Part shown: positions 20,064 through 28,901 of the stretch, in pieces
How the letters are laid out: every line of letters starts with the position of its first letter
Numbering within the stretch: position 1 is the stretch's first letter
Assembly (NCBI GenBank): GCA_963749495.1
Contig: CAVVMW010000021.1
Coordinates: 864,001 to 928,000, forward strand
DNA length: 64,000 bases
Reading direction: 5' to 3'
Source: an uncultured bacterium
GTDB taxonomy: Bacteria; Verrucomicrobiota; Verrucomicrobiia; Limisphaerales; UBA8199
Made by a program: the position numbers and the translations under genes
The notes under the pieces: generated by a model
Databases searched by the model: none
The model's input: only the letters and a program-made list of their open reading frames with translations
Told to the model about the DNA's origin: nothing

Positions 20064-22865
20064 TCACTGGCGGACACGGAAGAACTGGGCCGCGCCGGCA
20101 GCCGGGACCGTCTGCGGGCTGGTTGGCGTCCCGGACACGTTGTTCCACGGCCCGGTAATCTTGCTGGCCGATTGCAAGGTGCCGCCGCCCGGCCACGTGA
20201 TGACCACGTTCTGCCCCGACCGCGTGATCGTGAGCGTTGGGGCCACGACGATGCCTCCCAGCTTAGCCAGCGCGGCCACATCCGGCGCCGTGAGCAGCCG
20301 ATTATAGATCCGGACATCGTCCAACGCGCCAACCCAATAATCGCCGGCTTGATTGGGATTCTCGTTGTGACCCACTATCCAGAAGTTCGAGCCCGGCGGC
20401 GTGCGAATCGGTCCCGGGGCGTTAGTCACGACCTGCACCCCATTTTGGAACACATTATAGACGCCACTATCGCGCTCGTAAGTGACCACGTAATGCTCCC
20501 AGGTGCCGAGCGCCGGGTCCTGCGAACCAGCCGCCTGCGGGTAAAAGCCCATGCCCTGCCCTTGCCCCCACAGCACCCAGCCCTGGCCTGTTGGATCCAG
20601 ATAGGGCGAGATAACCCGGGGGAACGTGCCCGAGTTCGTCGCCATCCTGTCAATCCAGAAGCTAAAGCTGAATTGGTCCTGGTTGTCGAGGCTTATCGGT
20701 TGGGCATCCACACCGTCGCCGGTTACCGCGTAGTCGCCGTGCAAGGGGTCCACGGACCCGTCAGACAACAGGTTAAAGCTCAAGGCGCCGCCGATGCGGC
20801 CAGTCACCCATTGGGAATCGTCGCCGGGGTAATTGATCAGCATGAGGCTGTTCGAGCGGCCGGAAGAGTCGGTGGCCACCAACCCGCTGGTCTCATCGAA
20901 CTTCCAATCAGCAATGAGGCCGAAGGTCAGGTCCACCGTGCCGGGAGGACTGACCTGCAGGACCACGTTGCTGCCGGTGGCCGTGCCGGCTGAATTGCTC
21001 ACGACCACTCTGTAAGTGCCGGCATCCCCCGGTTGGGCGGAGCTCAAGGTCAGGACGCTGGTGGTGGCGCCGGTAATGCTCTGGCCGGCCTTCTCCCATT
21101 GATATTTGAGGTGGCCGCCGCTGGCTCGCACAAAGAAGGATATGGGCTGGCCGGTTTCTTCATAGTAGGTGCCCATCAACTCCTGGCCAATGGCCGGCTG
21201 GATCGCCGGGGCCGAGTCGAAAAGCGCCTGCGCATCGACATCGCTGAAGAGGCGGTTATAGACTCGCAGATCATCCAGTTCGCCGAAGAACTCATCCCCA
21301 GGCTGGCCCGGGGCCTCGTTATGGGCGATGATCCACTGGACCAGGCCCGGCGCCGGCTTGCTCACGGTGGCGCCCGTCACGGTCCTGATCCCGTTGCGAT
21401 AGACATTGTAAGTGCCCCCGGCCCGGTCGAAACTGATGACGAAGTGCTCCCAGGCGCCAATCAGCGGTTCCGGGGCTGAGGCCGCTACTGGCGGGTAAAA
21501 GCCCGGCCCGCCACCTTGTCCAAAGAGAACCCAATGGGTCGCATTGAACGGGCTGATAATCCTCGGGAACGAGCCTTCCATCAAGGAGGGCTCCCGCTTA
21601 ATCCAGAAGGCGAAGGCAAATTTGTCCTGGTTCGAAAAGTTAATCCCGTTGTCCGTCAAAATATAGTCAGCGTGATTCGCGTCAGTGCTTCCGTCCGCCA
21701 GTATGTTGATCCGCAACGCCCCGCCGACCCGGCCCGTGGTCCATTGGGAATCGTCGCCCACATAATTGAAGAGTGTGGCGTTGTTGCTCAGGCCGGAAGA
21801 ATCCGAGGCCTTCAAGCCCTGGGTTTCATCGAACGTCCACCAGGCAATCAAACCGTTGGTATAGTCCGGCACGAGCGGCGCCGGCTGGACCTGCACCACG
21901 GCAGGCTGAGAGTAGGCGACGCCGGCAGAATTGCTGGCCACCAAAACGTAGGTGCCGCTGTCCGTGAGTTGAATGTTGTTCAACGGCAGGGTCTGACCGG
22001 TCGCTTGCGGAACGTTCGCGCCGTTTTTCTGCCACTGGTAAGCCAAGGGGGCAGGGTCGCCGTTGGCGGTGCCAAACATCGGGAAGTTAAAGCCTGCCCT
22101 AGGCAGTCCGCCCTGCGGTTGTTGCAGGAAGACAGGTGGATTCGTGGGGGTAATTGTCGGGGCCAGATTGTACAAATCCTGGACGTCGGTCTGGGTCAGG
22201 AGCCGATTATAGACGCGCACATCGTCCAGCACGCCAATCCAATAATCCCCAGGCTGGCCCACGCCTTCGTTGTGGCCGATCACCCACTGAACCGCTCCCG
22301 GAGGGCCCTGCCCGGCGCTCGGGCCATCGGTCAACTGAGGCACGTTGTTGCTGTAAACACTATAGGTCTTGGCGTCCACGTCAGCCGTTACGACGTAATG
22401 TGTCCACTGGCCCACCGCCGGGTCGCCGCCGGGGATCTGACCCAGGTTCATGCCCAGGCCGCCGTTCTGGCCCCAGAGGACCCACCACTGCGTCGCCGGA
22501 GAGATGACGCGCGGATAGGTCCCTGTGCTCTGGGACATTCTCTTGATCCAGAAGCTGAAGGTATATTGGTGCTGCTGATTCGTGAACGTGATGGGTTTGT
22601 CGGTCAGGACGTAGTCGTTGTGGCCGATTATTTCGCCGTTGAAGAACAGCGCCCCGCCGATGACCCCGGGAACCCATTGAGAATTGTCTGCCGGGAAATT
22701 GAACAGCGAAGCGTTGTTGCCCAGGCCGGAGGTATCCGCGGCGGCCAACCCATTGGTCTCGTCGAACGTCCAATGGGCGATCAAACCGGACGTGATGTCG
22801 GCCCGCGCGCTGTTCCCCAGCAGGGCCACCGACAGACCCATCAGCAGGAAGGCATGGGTTCTCAT
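20064..22865 (-). CDS. Secreted LamG-like jellyroll (x3) and Ig-like (x2) protein with PVC-type C-terminal domain
   Basis: Signal peptide MRTHAFLLMGLSVALLGNSARA; three GLIAxWxFDE...LDDxRxYNRLL units; two YQWxK...DxGTY Ig units. Confidence 0.88.
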   Translation of the reverse strand: MRTHAFLLMGLSVALLGNSARADITSGLIAHWTFDETNGLAAADTSGLGNNASLFNFPADNSQWVPGVIGGALFFNGEIIGHNDYVLTDKPITFTNQQHQYTFSFWIKRMSQSTGTYPRVISPATQWWVLWGQNGGLGMNLGQIPGGDPAVGQWTHYVVTADVDAKTYSVYSNNVPQLTDGPSAGQGPPGAVQWVIGHNEGVGQPGDYWIGVLDDVRVYNRLLTQTDVQDLYNLAPTITPTNPPVFLQQPQGGLPRAGFNFPMFGTANGDPAPLAYQWQKNGANVPQATGQTLPLNNIQLTDSGTYVLVASNSAGVAYSQPAVVQVQPAPLVPDYTNGLIAWWTFDETQGLKASDSSGLSNNATLFNYVGDDSQWTTGRVGGALRINILADGSTDANHADYILTDNGINFSNQDKFAFAFWIKREPSLMEGSFPRIISPFNATHWVLFGQGGGPGFYPPVAASAPEPLIGAWEHFVISFDRAGGTYNVYRNGIRTVTGATVSKPAPGLVQWIIAHNEAPGQPGDEFFGELDDLRVYNRLFSDVDAQALFDSAPAIQPAIGQELMGTYYEETGQPISFFVRASGGHLKYQWEKAGQSITGATTSVLTLSSAQPGDAGTYRVVVSNSAGTATGSNVVLQVSPPGTVDLTFGLIADWKFDETSGLVATDSSGRSNSLMLINYPGDDSQWVTGRIGGALSFNLLSDGSVDPLHGDYAVTGDGVDAQPISLDNQDQFSFSFWIDRMATNSGTFPRVISPYLDPTGQGWVLWGQGQGMGFYPQAAGSQDPALGTWEHYVVTYERDSGVYNVFQNGVQVVTNAPGPIRTPPGSNFWIVGHNENPNQAGDYWVGALDDVRIYNRLLTAPDVAALAKLGGIVVAPTLTITRSGQNVVITWPGGGTLQSASKITGPWNNVSGTPTSPQTVPAAGAAQFFRVRQ

Positions 22866-23132
22866 AGTGGTTCTTTGCGTTGGATCGGACTTTGAATTTG
22901 CGGTCTGCGATGGAACGGGCGATGCGAGCGGATTGAGTTGGTCATTGTTCCCGGGCACATTGCCCGAGCCACGTGATCGCGTCAAGCATTCTCACGGAAC
23001 GAAGTTCAACCGTGCTCATCGTGTCACAAACCGGTCATCGTATCCGAAGGCTTCAGCCCCTTGCTTGCTTTGCCACGACTCACTCAAACAAGTTGGGCTT
23101 CTCGGGAACGAGGAAACTGTCTCCAACTGGAC

Positions 23133-23193
23133 GGAGCGTCCAACCCCAGCGGAACCTCCACCCATCCTCGCCGTAAAGGGCCAAACATATAAG
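23133..23193. repeat. About 60-bp element repeated in inverted orientation at 61056..61115
   Basis: GGAGCGTCCAACCCCAGCGGAACCTCCACCCATCCTCGCCGTAAAGGGCCAAACATATAA versus the reverse complement of 61056..61115, GGAGCGTCCACCCCCAGCGGAACCTCACCCATCCTCGCCGCAAAGGGCCGAACTTATAA. Confidence 0.85.
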
Positions 23194-23209
23194 CAGGCTA
23201 AATCCTAAT

Positions 23210-23286
<77 letters not shown>

Positions 23287-23296
23287 ATCTGCCCTG

Positions 23297-23325
23297 AATT
23301 TACGGGCTTCCCAGGCTCTCCACAA
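23297..23325 (-). promoter_or_regulatory. Sigma-70-like promoter of the tRNA
   Basis: TTGTGG-17 nt-TAAATT, 10 nt upstream of the tRNA 5' end. Confidence 0.55.
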
Positions 23326-23626
23326 GCTTTAAATCGGGATCTCCAACCGATTCGTCGCCACTTTGTCGCCACTTTCCAGGGCATTCTCTGGCAGGATACA
23401 GATCGGCTGGCATTCAGGGGCGATCTCCCAGCCCGGCTCGAAGACCACGCCGACCCATGGCCAGCCTTTGCGAGGTTTGCCGGGGCGAAGACACGCGTTT
23501 TAGGATGCGGCACGGTTTATGCTAAGACCGTCGGTACACTTCGCCATGCGTAGCAATCCTCTCGCCTGCTCTACCGTCAGGATGGCAGGAGTCACCCGTC
23601 GGCCCGCTGTGCCAGGGCGAACTATA

Positions 23627-23775
23627 ATGAAGAAGGTCTCAGTCTGGATGGTGGCGCTTGCGTTCATGGTGGTCATTGCCGGCGCGCAGCCCGCCGGATT
23701 TCTCCACGCCAAAGACCAGCGCATCGTGGACGGCCAAGGCCGGGAAGTCCTGCTGCGCGGCATGGGTCGGCGGCT
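23627..23775 (+). pseudogene. N-terminal fragment of a GH5-like secreted hydrolase
   Basis: Signal peptide followed by FLHAKDQRIVDGQGREVLLRGMG, after which similarity to a hydrolase is lost. Confidence 0.6.
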
Positions 23776-23984
23776 GGATGCTGCAAGAGGGATATATGCT
23801 CGGGATCCACAAAGAGGGCACGCAACATTCTCCCTGAGAATGGGAGTGTTTCGCATCAGGTTTTCCGCGCTGGCGAAGTCGGCGGAGAATCGAGCCCCTC
23901 TCGGGCGGACACCGGGCGGCTTTGGCGGCAGTGGCGCTCCGAGTACCCGGCCGATTTCTCACTCCCGTAATCCTGGGCAAGGGT

Positions 23985-24869
23985 TCAAAAGCTCAGGAAC
24001 CAATGCTCGCCCTCGAAGCCGGGGAGCGGGTGTTTGCCGACCGGCGTGGTCGTGAGGCCCCCTCCGAGTCGCTGCGCCGCCGCCTCGCTCAACAGGCGAG
24101 GTTGCCCAAGCGTGGCCGCCAGCCTCTCCATCCGGAAGACAAAATTGACCTCCATCCCCAGGAGGCTTTCCTCGCCCATGGACGCCATCCCTCCCATCAG
24201 CACCTGGCCGCAGTGCAGGACCACGCGGAACGGGGGCTCGCTCTGTGCCTGCAACTGGCGCAACGCGCCCAGTGCCGCGACCAGCCGAGGCGGCGTCAGT
24301 TGGGTCGCCGGCCAGTAGGCCAACAAACCGTCGCCCAGATACTTGTTGATGGCGCCGCCCTCACCTTCGATGGCTTCCTTGCACCGGGCGAGCCAGGGGC
24401 CGATGAGCGCAGCCAGCGCCTCGGCATCCAGTCGCCGGCTCAGGCCCGATGAGCCTTCGATGTCCGCCAGCAGCAGCCAGCAGGGACAGGACTTCCTGGC
24501 GACCACAGTCTGGGTCGCGGTCAGCCTCGAGGCGGAGGGATCCTGGTCCGCGCCGCCGGCGACCCGGAACACCGCTTGGAACGCGCCGATCTGGATAGTG
24601 TCGCCGTTGCGGAGGCGGCTGGGTTTGCTCACACGCCGCCCGTTGAGGTAGGTGCCGTTGCTGCTGCCCAGGTCCAGCAGCCAGAATGCCCCCTCGCTCT
24701 GCGTGTGGATGATGGCGTGGTGGCGGGAAGCCCGTTCGTCGACCACCACGACCTGGTTGGTGGCCGCGCGGCCGAACGAGCAGTTGCCCTGGATCGGCAT
24801 GGCCAGACCATCGGCCTTCTCCAGCCACGCCGAGGACTCGGAGTTTTCTTTCACGGATACCGGCACCAT
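23985..24869 (-). CDS. FHA domain plus class III adenylate/guanylate cyclase
   Basis: FHA: FGR...SRHHA...DLGSSNGTYLNG. Cyclase: LADIEGSS, KYLGDGLLAYW, FRVVLHCG, GMEVNFVFRME. Confidence 0.9.
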   Translation of the reverse strand: MVPVSVKENSESSAWLEKADGLAMPIQGNCSFGRAATNQVVVVDERASRHHAIIHTQSEGAFWLLDLGSSNGTYLNGRRVSKPSRLRNGDTIQIGAFQAVFRVAGGADQDPSASRLTATQTVVARKSCPCWLLLADIEGSSGLSRRLDAEALAALIGPWLARCKEAIEGEGGAINKYLGDGLLAYWPATQLTPPRLVAALGALRQLQAQSEPPFRVVLHCGQVLMGGMASMGEESLLGMEVNFVFRMERLAATLGQPRLLSEAAAQRLGGGLTTTPVGKHPLPGFEGEHWFLSF

Positions 24870-24915
24870 AACATGCCAACGCCAGAAGTGGAAGCCCAGC
24901 GTTGCTGCCACAGGA

Positions 24916-25023
24916 GGGCGCACGAAGAATTCTTCCCTGCCGCATAAATGCGGCGTTCCGAGACGAACCGGAACGCCGCATTTATGCGGCAGGCGGACCC
25001 CTGGAAGAAATCTGTCGTGCGCC
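24916..25023. mobile_element. MITE-like element, copy 1 (TIR about GGGCGCACGACAGA) carrying a REP doublet
   Basis: Ends GGGCGCACGAAGAATT and AAATCTGTCGTGCGCC; internal TGCCGCATAAATGCGGC palindromes; near copy at 49338..49448. Confidence 0.7.
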
Positions 25024-25105
25024 AGCCACAGGAATCCCGCCAAGGATGGGCTGGACAAGCCGGGATGGTTAGTTCATCTTGTGAACACTATGGGCCAAAG
25101 CTGTC

Positions 25106-28100
25106 ATGCAGGCGCATGAACCATCGTCCGGCGGCCGGAAGCAGGACATCCTCCGCCAGGCCTTGAAGCGGAAGACGCCGCTCGAGCGGGCGGCGTTCCT
25201 GGATGGGGCATGTGGCGGCGATGCGGCCTTGCGCGTGGAGATGGAGGCCTGGCTGGAGAGAAGCCCCGGGCTGAATGGGGAGGCTGGCGACGGCCCTCTG
25301 GAAAAAGGCGCCACCGAAGTCACGCCCACGCTCCTGGATCAAACACCCCTGACTGAGGGGCCGGGGACGGTCATTGGGCGCTACAAGCTGCTGGAGCAAA
25401 TCGGCGAGGGCGGCTTTGGGGTCGTGTATGTGGCCGAGCAGCAGGAGCCGGTTCGCCGCCAGGTGGCCCTGAAGATCATCAAGCTGGGGATGGACACGCG
25501 GCAGGTCGTGGCCCGATTCGAGGCCGAGCGGCAGGCGCTGGCGCTGATGGACCATCCCAACATCGCCAAGGTGTTCGATGCGGGCGCGACCGACAGCGGG
25601 CGGCCTTTCTTTGTGATGGAATTGGTGAAAGGTATTCCGATCACCAAGTACTGCGACCAGGAGAAGCTCAGCACCCATGATCGTTTGAAGCTGTTCATCG
25701 CCGTTTGCCAGGCCATTCAGCACGCGCACCAGAAGGGCATCATCCACCGCGACATCAAGCCCTCGAACATCCTGGTGACGGTGCAAGAGGGGAAGCCGGT
25801 GCCCAAGGTCATCGACTTTGGGATAGCCAAGGCGACCCAGCAGAGGCTCACGGAGAAGACCCTGCACACGCAATTGGAGCAACTCATAGGGACACCGGCG
25901 TACATGAGTCCGGAGCAGGCGGAGATGAGCGGCTTGGATATCGACACGCGCTCGGATATTTACAGCCTGGGTGTGCTGCTTTATGAACTGCTCACTGCCC
26001 GGACGCCATTCGATGCGAAAGAATTGCTGAAGTCGGGTTTGGATGAGATGCGGAAGATCATCCGGGAAAGTGAACCGCCTCGCCCCTCGACAAAGCTGAG
26101 CACCATGCTCGACGGCGAACTCACCACCACTGCCAAACATCGTGCGTCAGAACCCCCTAGACTCATCCATCTGGTACGTGGCGATCTCGATTGGATCGTC
26201 ATGAAGTGCCTGGAGAAGGACCGGACGCGGCGTTACGACACGGCCAATGGTCTGGCGGCCGATCTCAAGCGGCATCTTGACAACGAGCCGGTCGTAGCCC
26301 GGCCGCCCAGCACCGCCTACCGATTTCAGAAGCTGGTTCGCCGCAACAAACTCGCCTTCGCCGCGGCAGGAGCCGTCGGCGTGGCGCTGTTGTTAGGAAT
26401 CGTGGTGAGCACTTGGCAGGCGGTCCGGGCTTCGCGCGCGCAGCGAGAGCAGAAAAGGCTCTTTAATGAGGCCGAGGCTGCTCGGGCCAAAGAAGCCGCC
26501 CTGCGTGAACAAGCCGTCCAGGCACACATCGCCGCCGAGAGGAACCTGTACGCTGCCGATATTCTGCTGGCGTTTCAGGCCACGGAAAAGGGCAACCTCG
26601 GCCGTGTCCGCCGTCTCCTGGCCGCTCACCAGGCAGCCAGAAACCCACGACTTGCCTCAATGCCCAAGGAAGACCCGCGCGGCTGGGAATGGCGGTATCT
26701 TTGGGGCTGCTCCCGGGGCGATGAACTCATCACGTTGCGTGGCCACTCGAACAGTGTTCCGGCGGCGGTCTTCCTCAATGATGGGCGCACCGCAGTCAGC
26801 GCGAGCGCGGATCAGACGGTCCGATTTTGGAACATCGACAACGGCTCGCTCATCGAAACGCGGGCAGATCGCGGTGAGGCTCGCCGCGCTGCTATTTCTC
26901 CAGACGGGCGGTGGTTCGCGATAGGAGGCAGATTTGGCTACTGGAGCCTTTGGGATGCTGCGACCCGGCAGCCTGTGATGGGTAGAACGAATGCAACCGG
27001 AGTCAAAGGGCTTGCCTTCTCGCCGGACAGCCGCCAGGTGGCGGTCATTGATAGTCTGAGCGTGGAGGTCTGGAATGTCGCCGAGAAGCACTTGTTAAAG
27101 AGCTTTAGCCGGGGCTGGTCAGGCGATGTTCCGCTCAACAATTTCGTGCTGGGCATCGCGTTTTCTCCCGACGCCAAGAAGGTAGCCTACGCGAAGGCCA
27201 CTGACGAAGTCGTGATCCACGACTTGCAGTCCGATAACGAAACCACCGTGGGCAAATCGTCGCACGGAAACGCCCTGTCCCTGGCGTTCAGGCCGGATGG
27301 CCGTGTGCTCGCCTGGGCCGACCGCACGGGCATAGCGCTATGGGATCTGGAAAACCAGGCCCCGCCGCGGCGCCTCACGAACCATCTCGAGCAGGTTGTC
27401 TGCCTGGATTTCTCGCCCGACGGCAAACTCCTGGCGAGTGCGAGCGGCGATCAGACGATCAAATTGTGGAACACAGGTACCTGGGAAGAAGTCAGGACGC
27501 TCAAAGGTCATGAGGATGAGGTGCATACAGTGAGGTTTTCGCGGGATGGCAAGCTGCTCATTTCGGCCGGGAAGGATGAAACCGTGCGTGTTTGGAAAGT
27601 CGACCGGCCTGGCCCGCCCCGGAACTCGCTGACCCTGCGGGACTACTCGTTGGTGCCGCGTGCGAACCAGGAGCGTGCGCTGCTCCTGTCCGGGGACCGG
27701 GGCTCATCGAGGTCGTTGGACCTCAAAAGCCTCAGTATGAGCCCTGTTCAGGCGACTCCGCCAACACTGCGACTTGCCAGCGTGTTTTGCAGTCATGGGA
27801 GCAGCAATTTATTGGCCATTGCACTGCGAGAAGGCCCGGTCGAGATTTGGCGCACCGAGCCGTTCTCGAAATTGGGAGTTGTGGCGGTCTCACCCATTCC
27901 CGCGTTCGATGTGGCGCTGGGCGAAACCGGGCAGTGGCTCGCTGTCCAGCGGACCAATGACAATTTGGAAATTTGGGATGTAAAAGAAAATCGGTTGGTC
28001 AAGACCTTCCTCCCGGAGGGTATCCGGCCCGTTCACCTCTACGTTGCTGACCCCTTCTCCTTCTTTGCAGGCGACCGTCGCCTGGTGCGGGTACAGGGTG

Positions 28101-28588
28101 CGTCCAGCGAGGGCGATGAGAAGCTTGAAGTCCTGTTGCTGCCGGAAAAGGAGAGGAAGTTAATATACCCCAAGCACAAGGGGGCCTCGACCGGTTATGC
28201 CATCGACCGGGACGGTTTTCTGCTTGCCACCGCGGGCTGGGATGGACTTGTGAAACTCTGGGATCTACGCACGGGAAAGCAAGCTGCAACGCTGTCTGGG
28301 CAAATGGTGGGCTTCATGGGCCTGGCTTTCTCCCCTGAGGGATCGCGGCTGGCTGCTGGTGGCTGGGATGGCTCGATCACGCTTTGGGATGTCCGGACAC
28401 GACAACAAGTGGCCTTTTGGAAGGCTCACCCAAGGGCCTGCGGATGGCTCTCTTTTGTCGACGACGGGCGGGTGCTGGTGAGCACTGGCGAGACCCCTCA
28501 GGGCGGACATGAGGTAAGCGCCTGGCGCGCCCCATCCTGGGAGGAGATTGAGGCGGCGGAGAAAAGCGCGGAAGCGAAAAGTCAGTAA
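25106..28588 (+). CDS. Ser/Thr kinase with TM helix and WD40 repeats (paralog A)
   Basis: [51 protein letters not shown]; multiple WD40 units. Confidence 0.93.
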   Translation: MQAHEPSSGGRKQDILRQALKRKTPLERAAFLDGACGGDAALRVEMEAWLERSPGLNGEAGDGPLEKGATEVTPTLLDQTPLTEGPGTVIGRYKLLEQIGEGGFGVVYVAEQQEPVRRQVALKIIKLGMDTRQVVARFEAERQALALMDHPNIAKVFDAGATDSGRPFFVMELVKGIPITKYCDQEKLSTHDRLKLFIAVCQAIQHAHQKGIIHRDIKPSNILVTVQEGKPVPKVIDFGIAKATQQRLTEKTLHTQLEQLIGTPAYMSPEQAEMSGLDIDTRSDIYSLGVLLYELLTARTPFDAKELLKSGLDEMRKIIRESEPPRPSTKLSTMLDGELTTTAKHRASEPPRLIHLVRGDLDWIVMKCLEKDRTRRYDTANGLAADLKRHLDNEPVVARPPSTAYRFQKLVRRNKLAFAAAGAVGVALLLGIVVSTWQAVRASRAQREQKRLFNEAEAARAKEAALREQAVQAHIAAERNLYAADILLAFQATEKGNLGRVRRLLAAHQAARNPRLASMPKEDPRGWEWRYLWGCSRGDELITLRGHSNSVPAAVFLNDGRTAVSASADQTVRFWNIDNGSLIETRADRGEARRAAISPDGRWFAIGGRFGYWSLWDAATRQPVMGRTNATGVKGLAFSPDSRQVAVIDSLSVEVWNVAEKHLLKSFSRGWSGDVPLNNFVLGIAFSPDAKKVAYAKATDEVVIHDLQSDNETTVGKSSHGNALSLAFRPDGRVLAWADRTGIALWDLENQAPPRRLTNHLEQVVCLDFSPDGKLLASASGDQTIKLWNTGTWEEVRTLKGHEDEVHTVRFSRDGKLLISAGKDETVRVWKVDRPGPPRNSLTLRDYSLVPRANQERALLLSGDRGSSRSLDLKSLSMSPVQATPPTLRLASVFCSHGSSNLLAIALREGPVEIWRTEPFSKLGVVAVSPIPAFDVALGETGQWLAVQRTNDNLEIWDVKENRLVKTFLPEGIRPVHLYVADPFSFFAGDRRLVRVQGASSEGDEKLEVLLLPEKERKLIYPKHKGASTGYAIDRDGFLLATAGWDGLVKLWDLRTGKQAATLSGQMVGFMGLAFSPEGSRLAAGGWDGSITLWDVRTRQQVAFWKAHPRACGWLSFVDDGRVLVSTGETPQGGHEVSAWRAPSWEEIEAAEKSAEAKSQ

Positions 28589-28828
28589 CGCTGAATAATC
28601 TGACCGCGGTTCATCGCCCCCTCAGCCCGAGCGACAGCGAACGGCACCTCAGTCCGCTCCGTTTTTACAGGGACGATAGGAATTGACCCTTTGTTTCTAC
28701 GGGGAGAGGGGAAGTGTTGTCGCCTGCGGCGCCCGATCAACTCTCAGAGACGGACCAGCCCAGCGAAGCCCCAAGACTTTTTGAAAAATCCACCCCGAAG
28801 GCCGACGACAGCGCACGTGCCCAGATTG

Positions 28829-28891
28829 TCTGGCTGCTGGACCTGGGCAGCAGCAACGGCACCTGCCTCAACGGGCGGCGCGTGAGCAAGC
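28829..28891 (+). pseudogene. Short inverted duplicate of the FHA core coding sequence (about 24623..24685)
   Basis: Encodes WLLDLGSSNGTCLNGRRVSK; the DNA is nearly identical to the FHA gene segment. Confidence 0.8.
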
Positions 28892-28901
28892 TCGGCAGCA
28901 T

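Noticed and set aside
24870..25058. N-terminal extension of the FHA-cyclase ORF (likewise 49097..49462 for the GH-A gene)
   Set aside because: It reads through MITE/REP sequence and is not protein-like.
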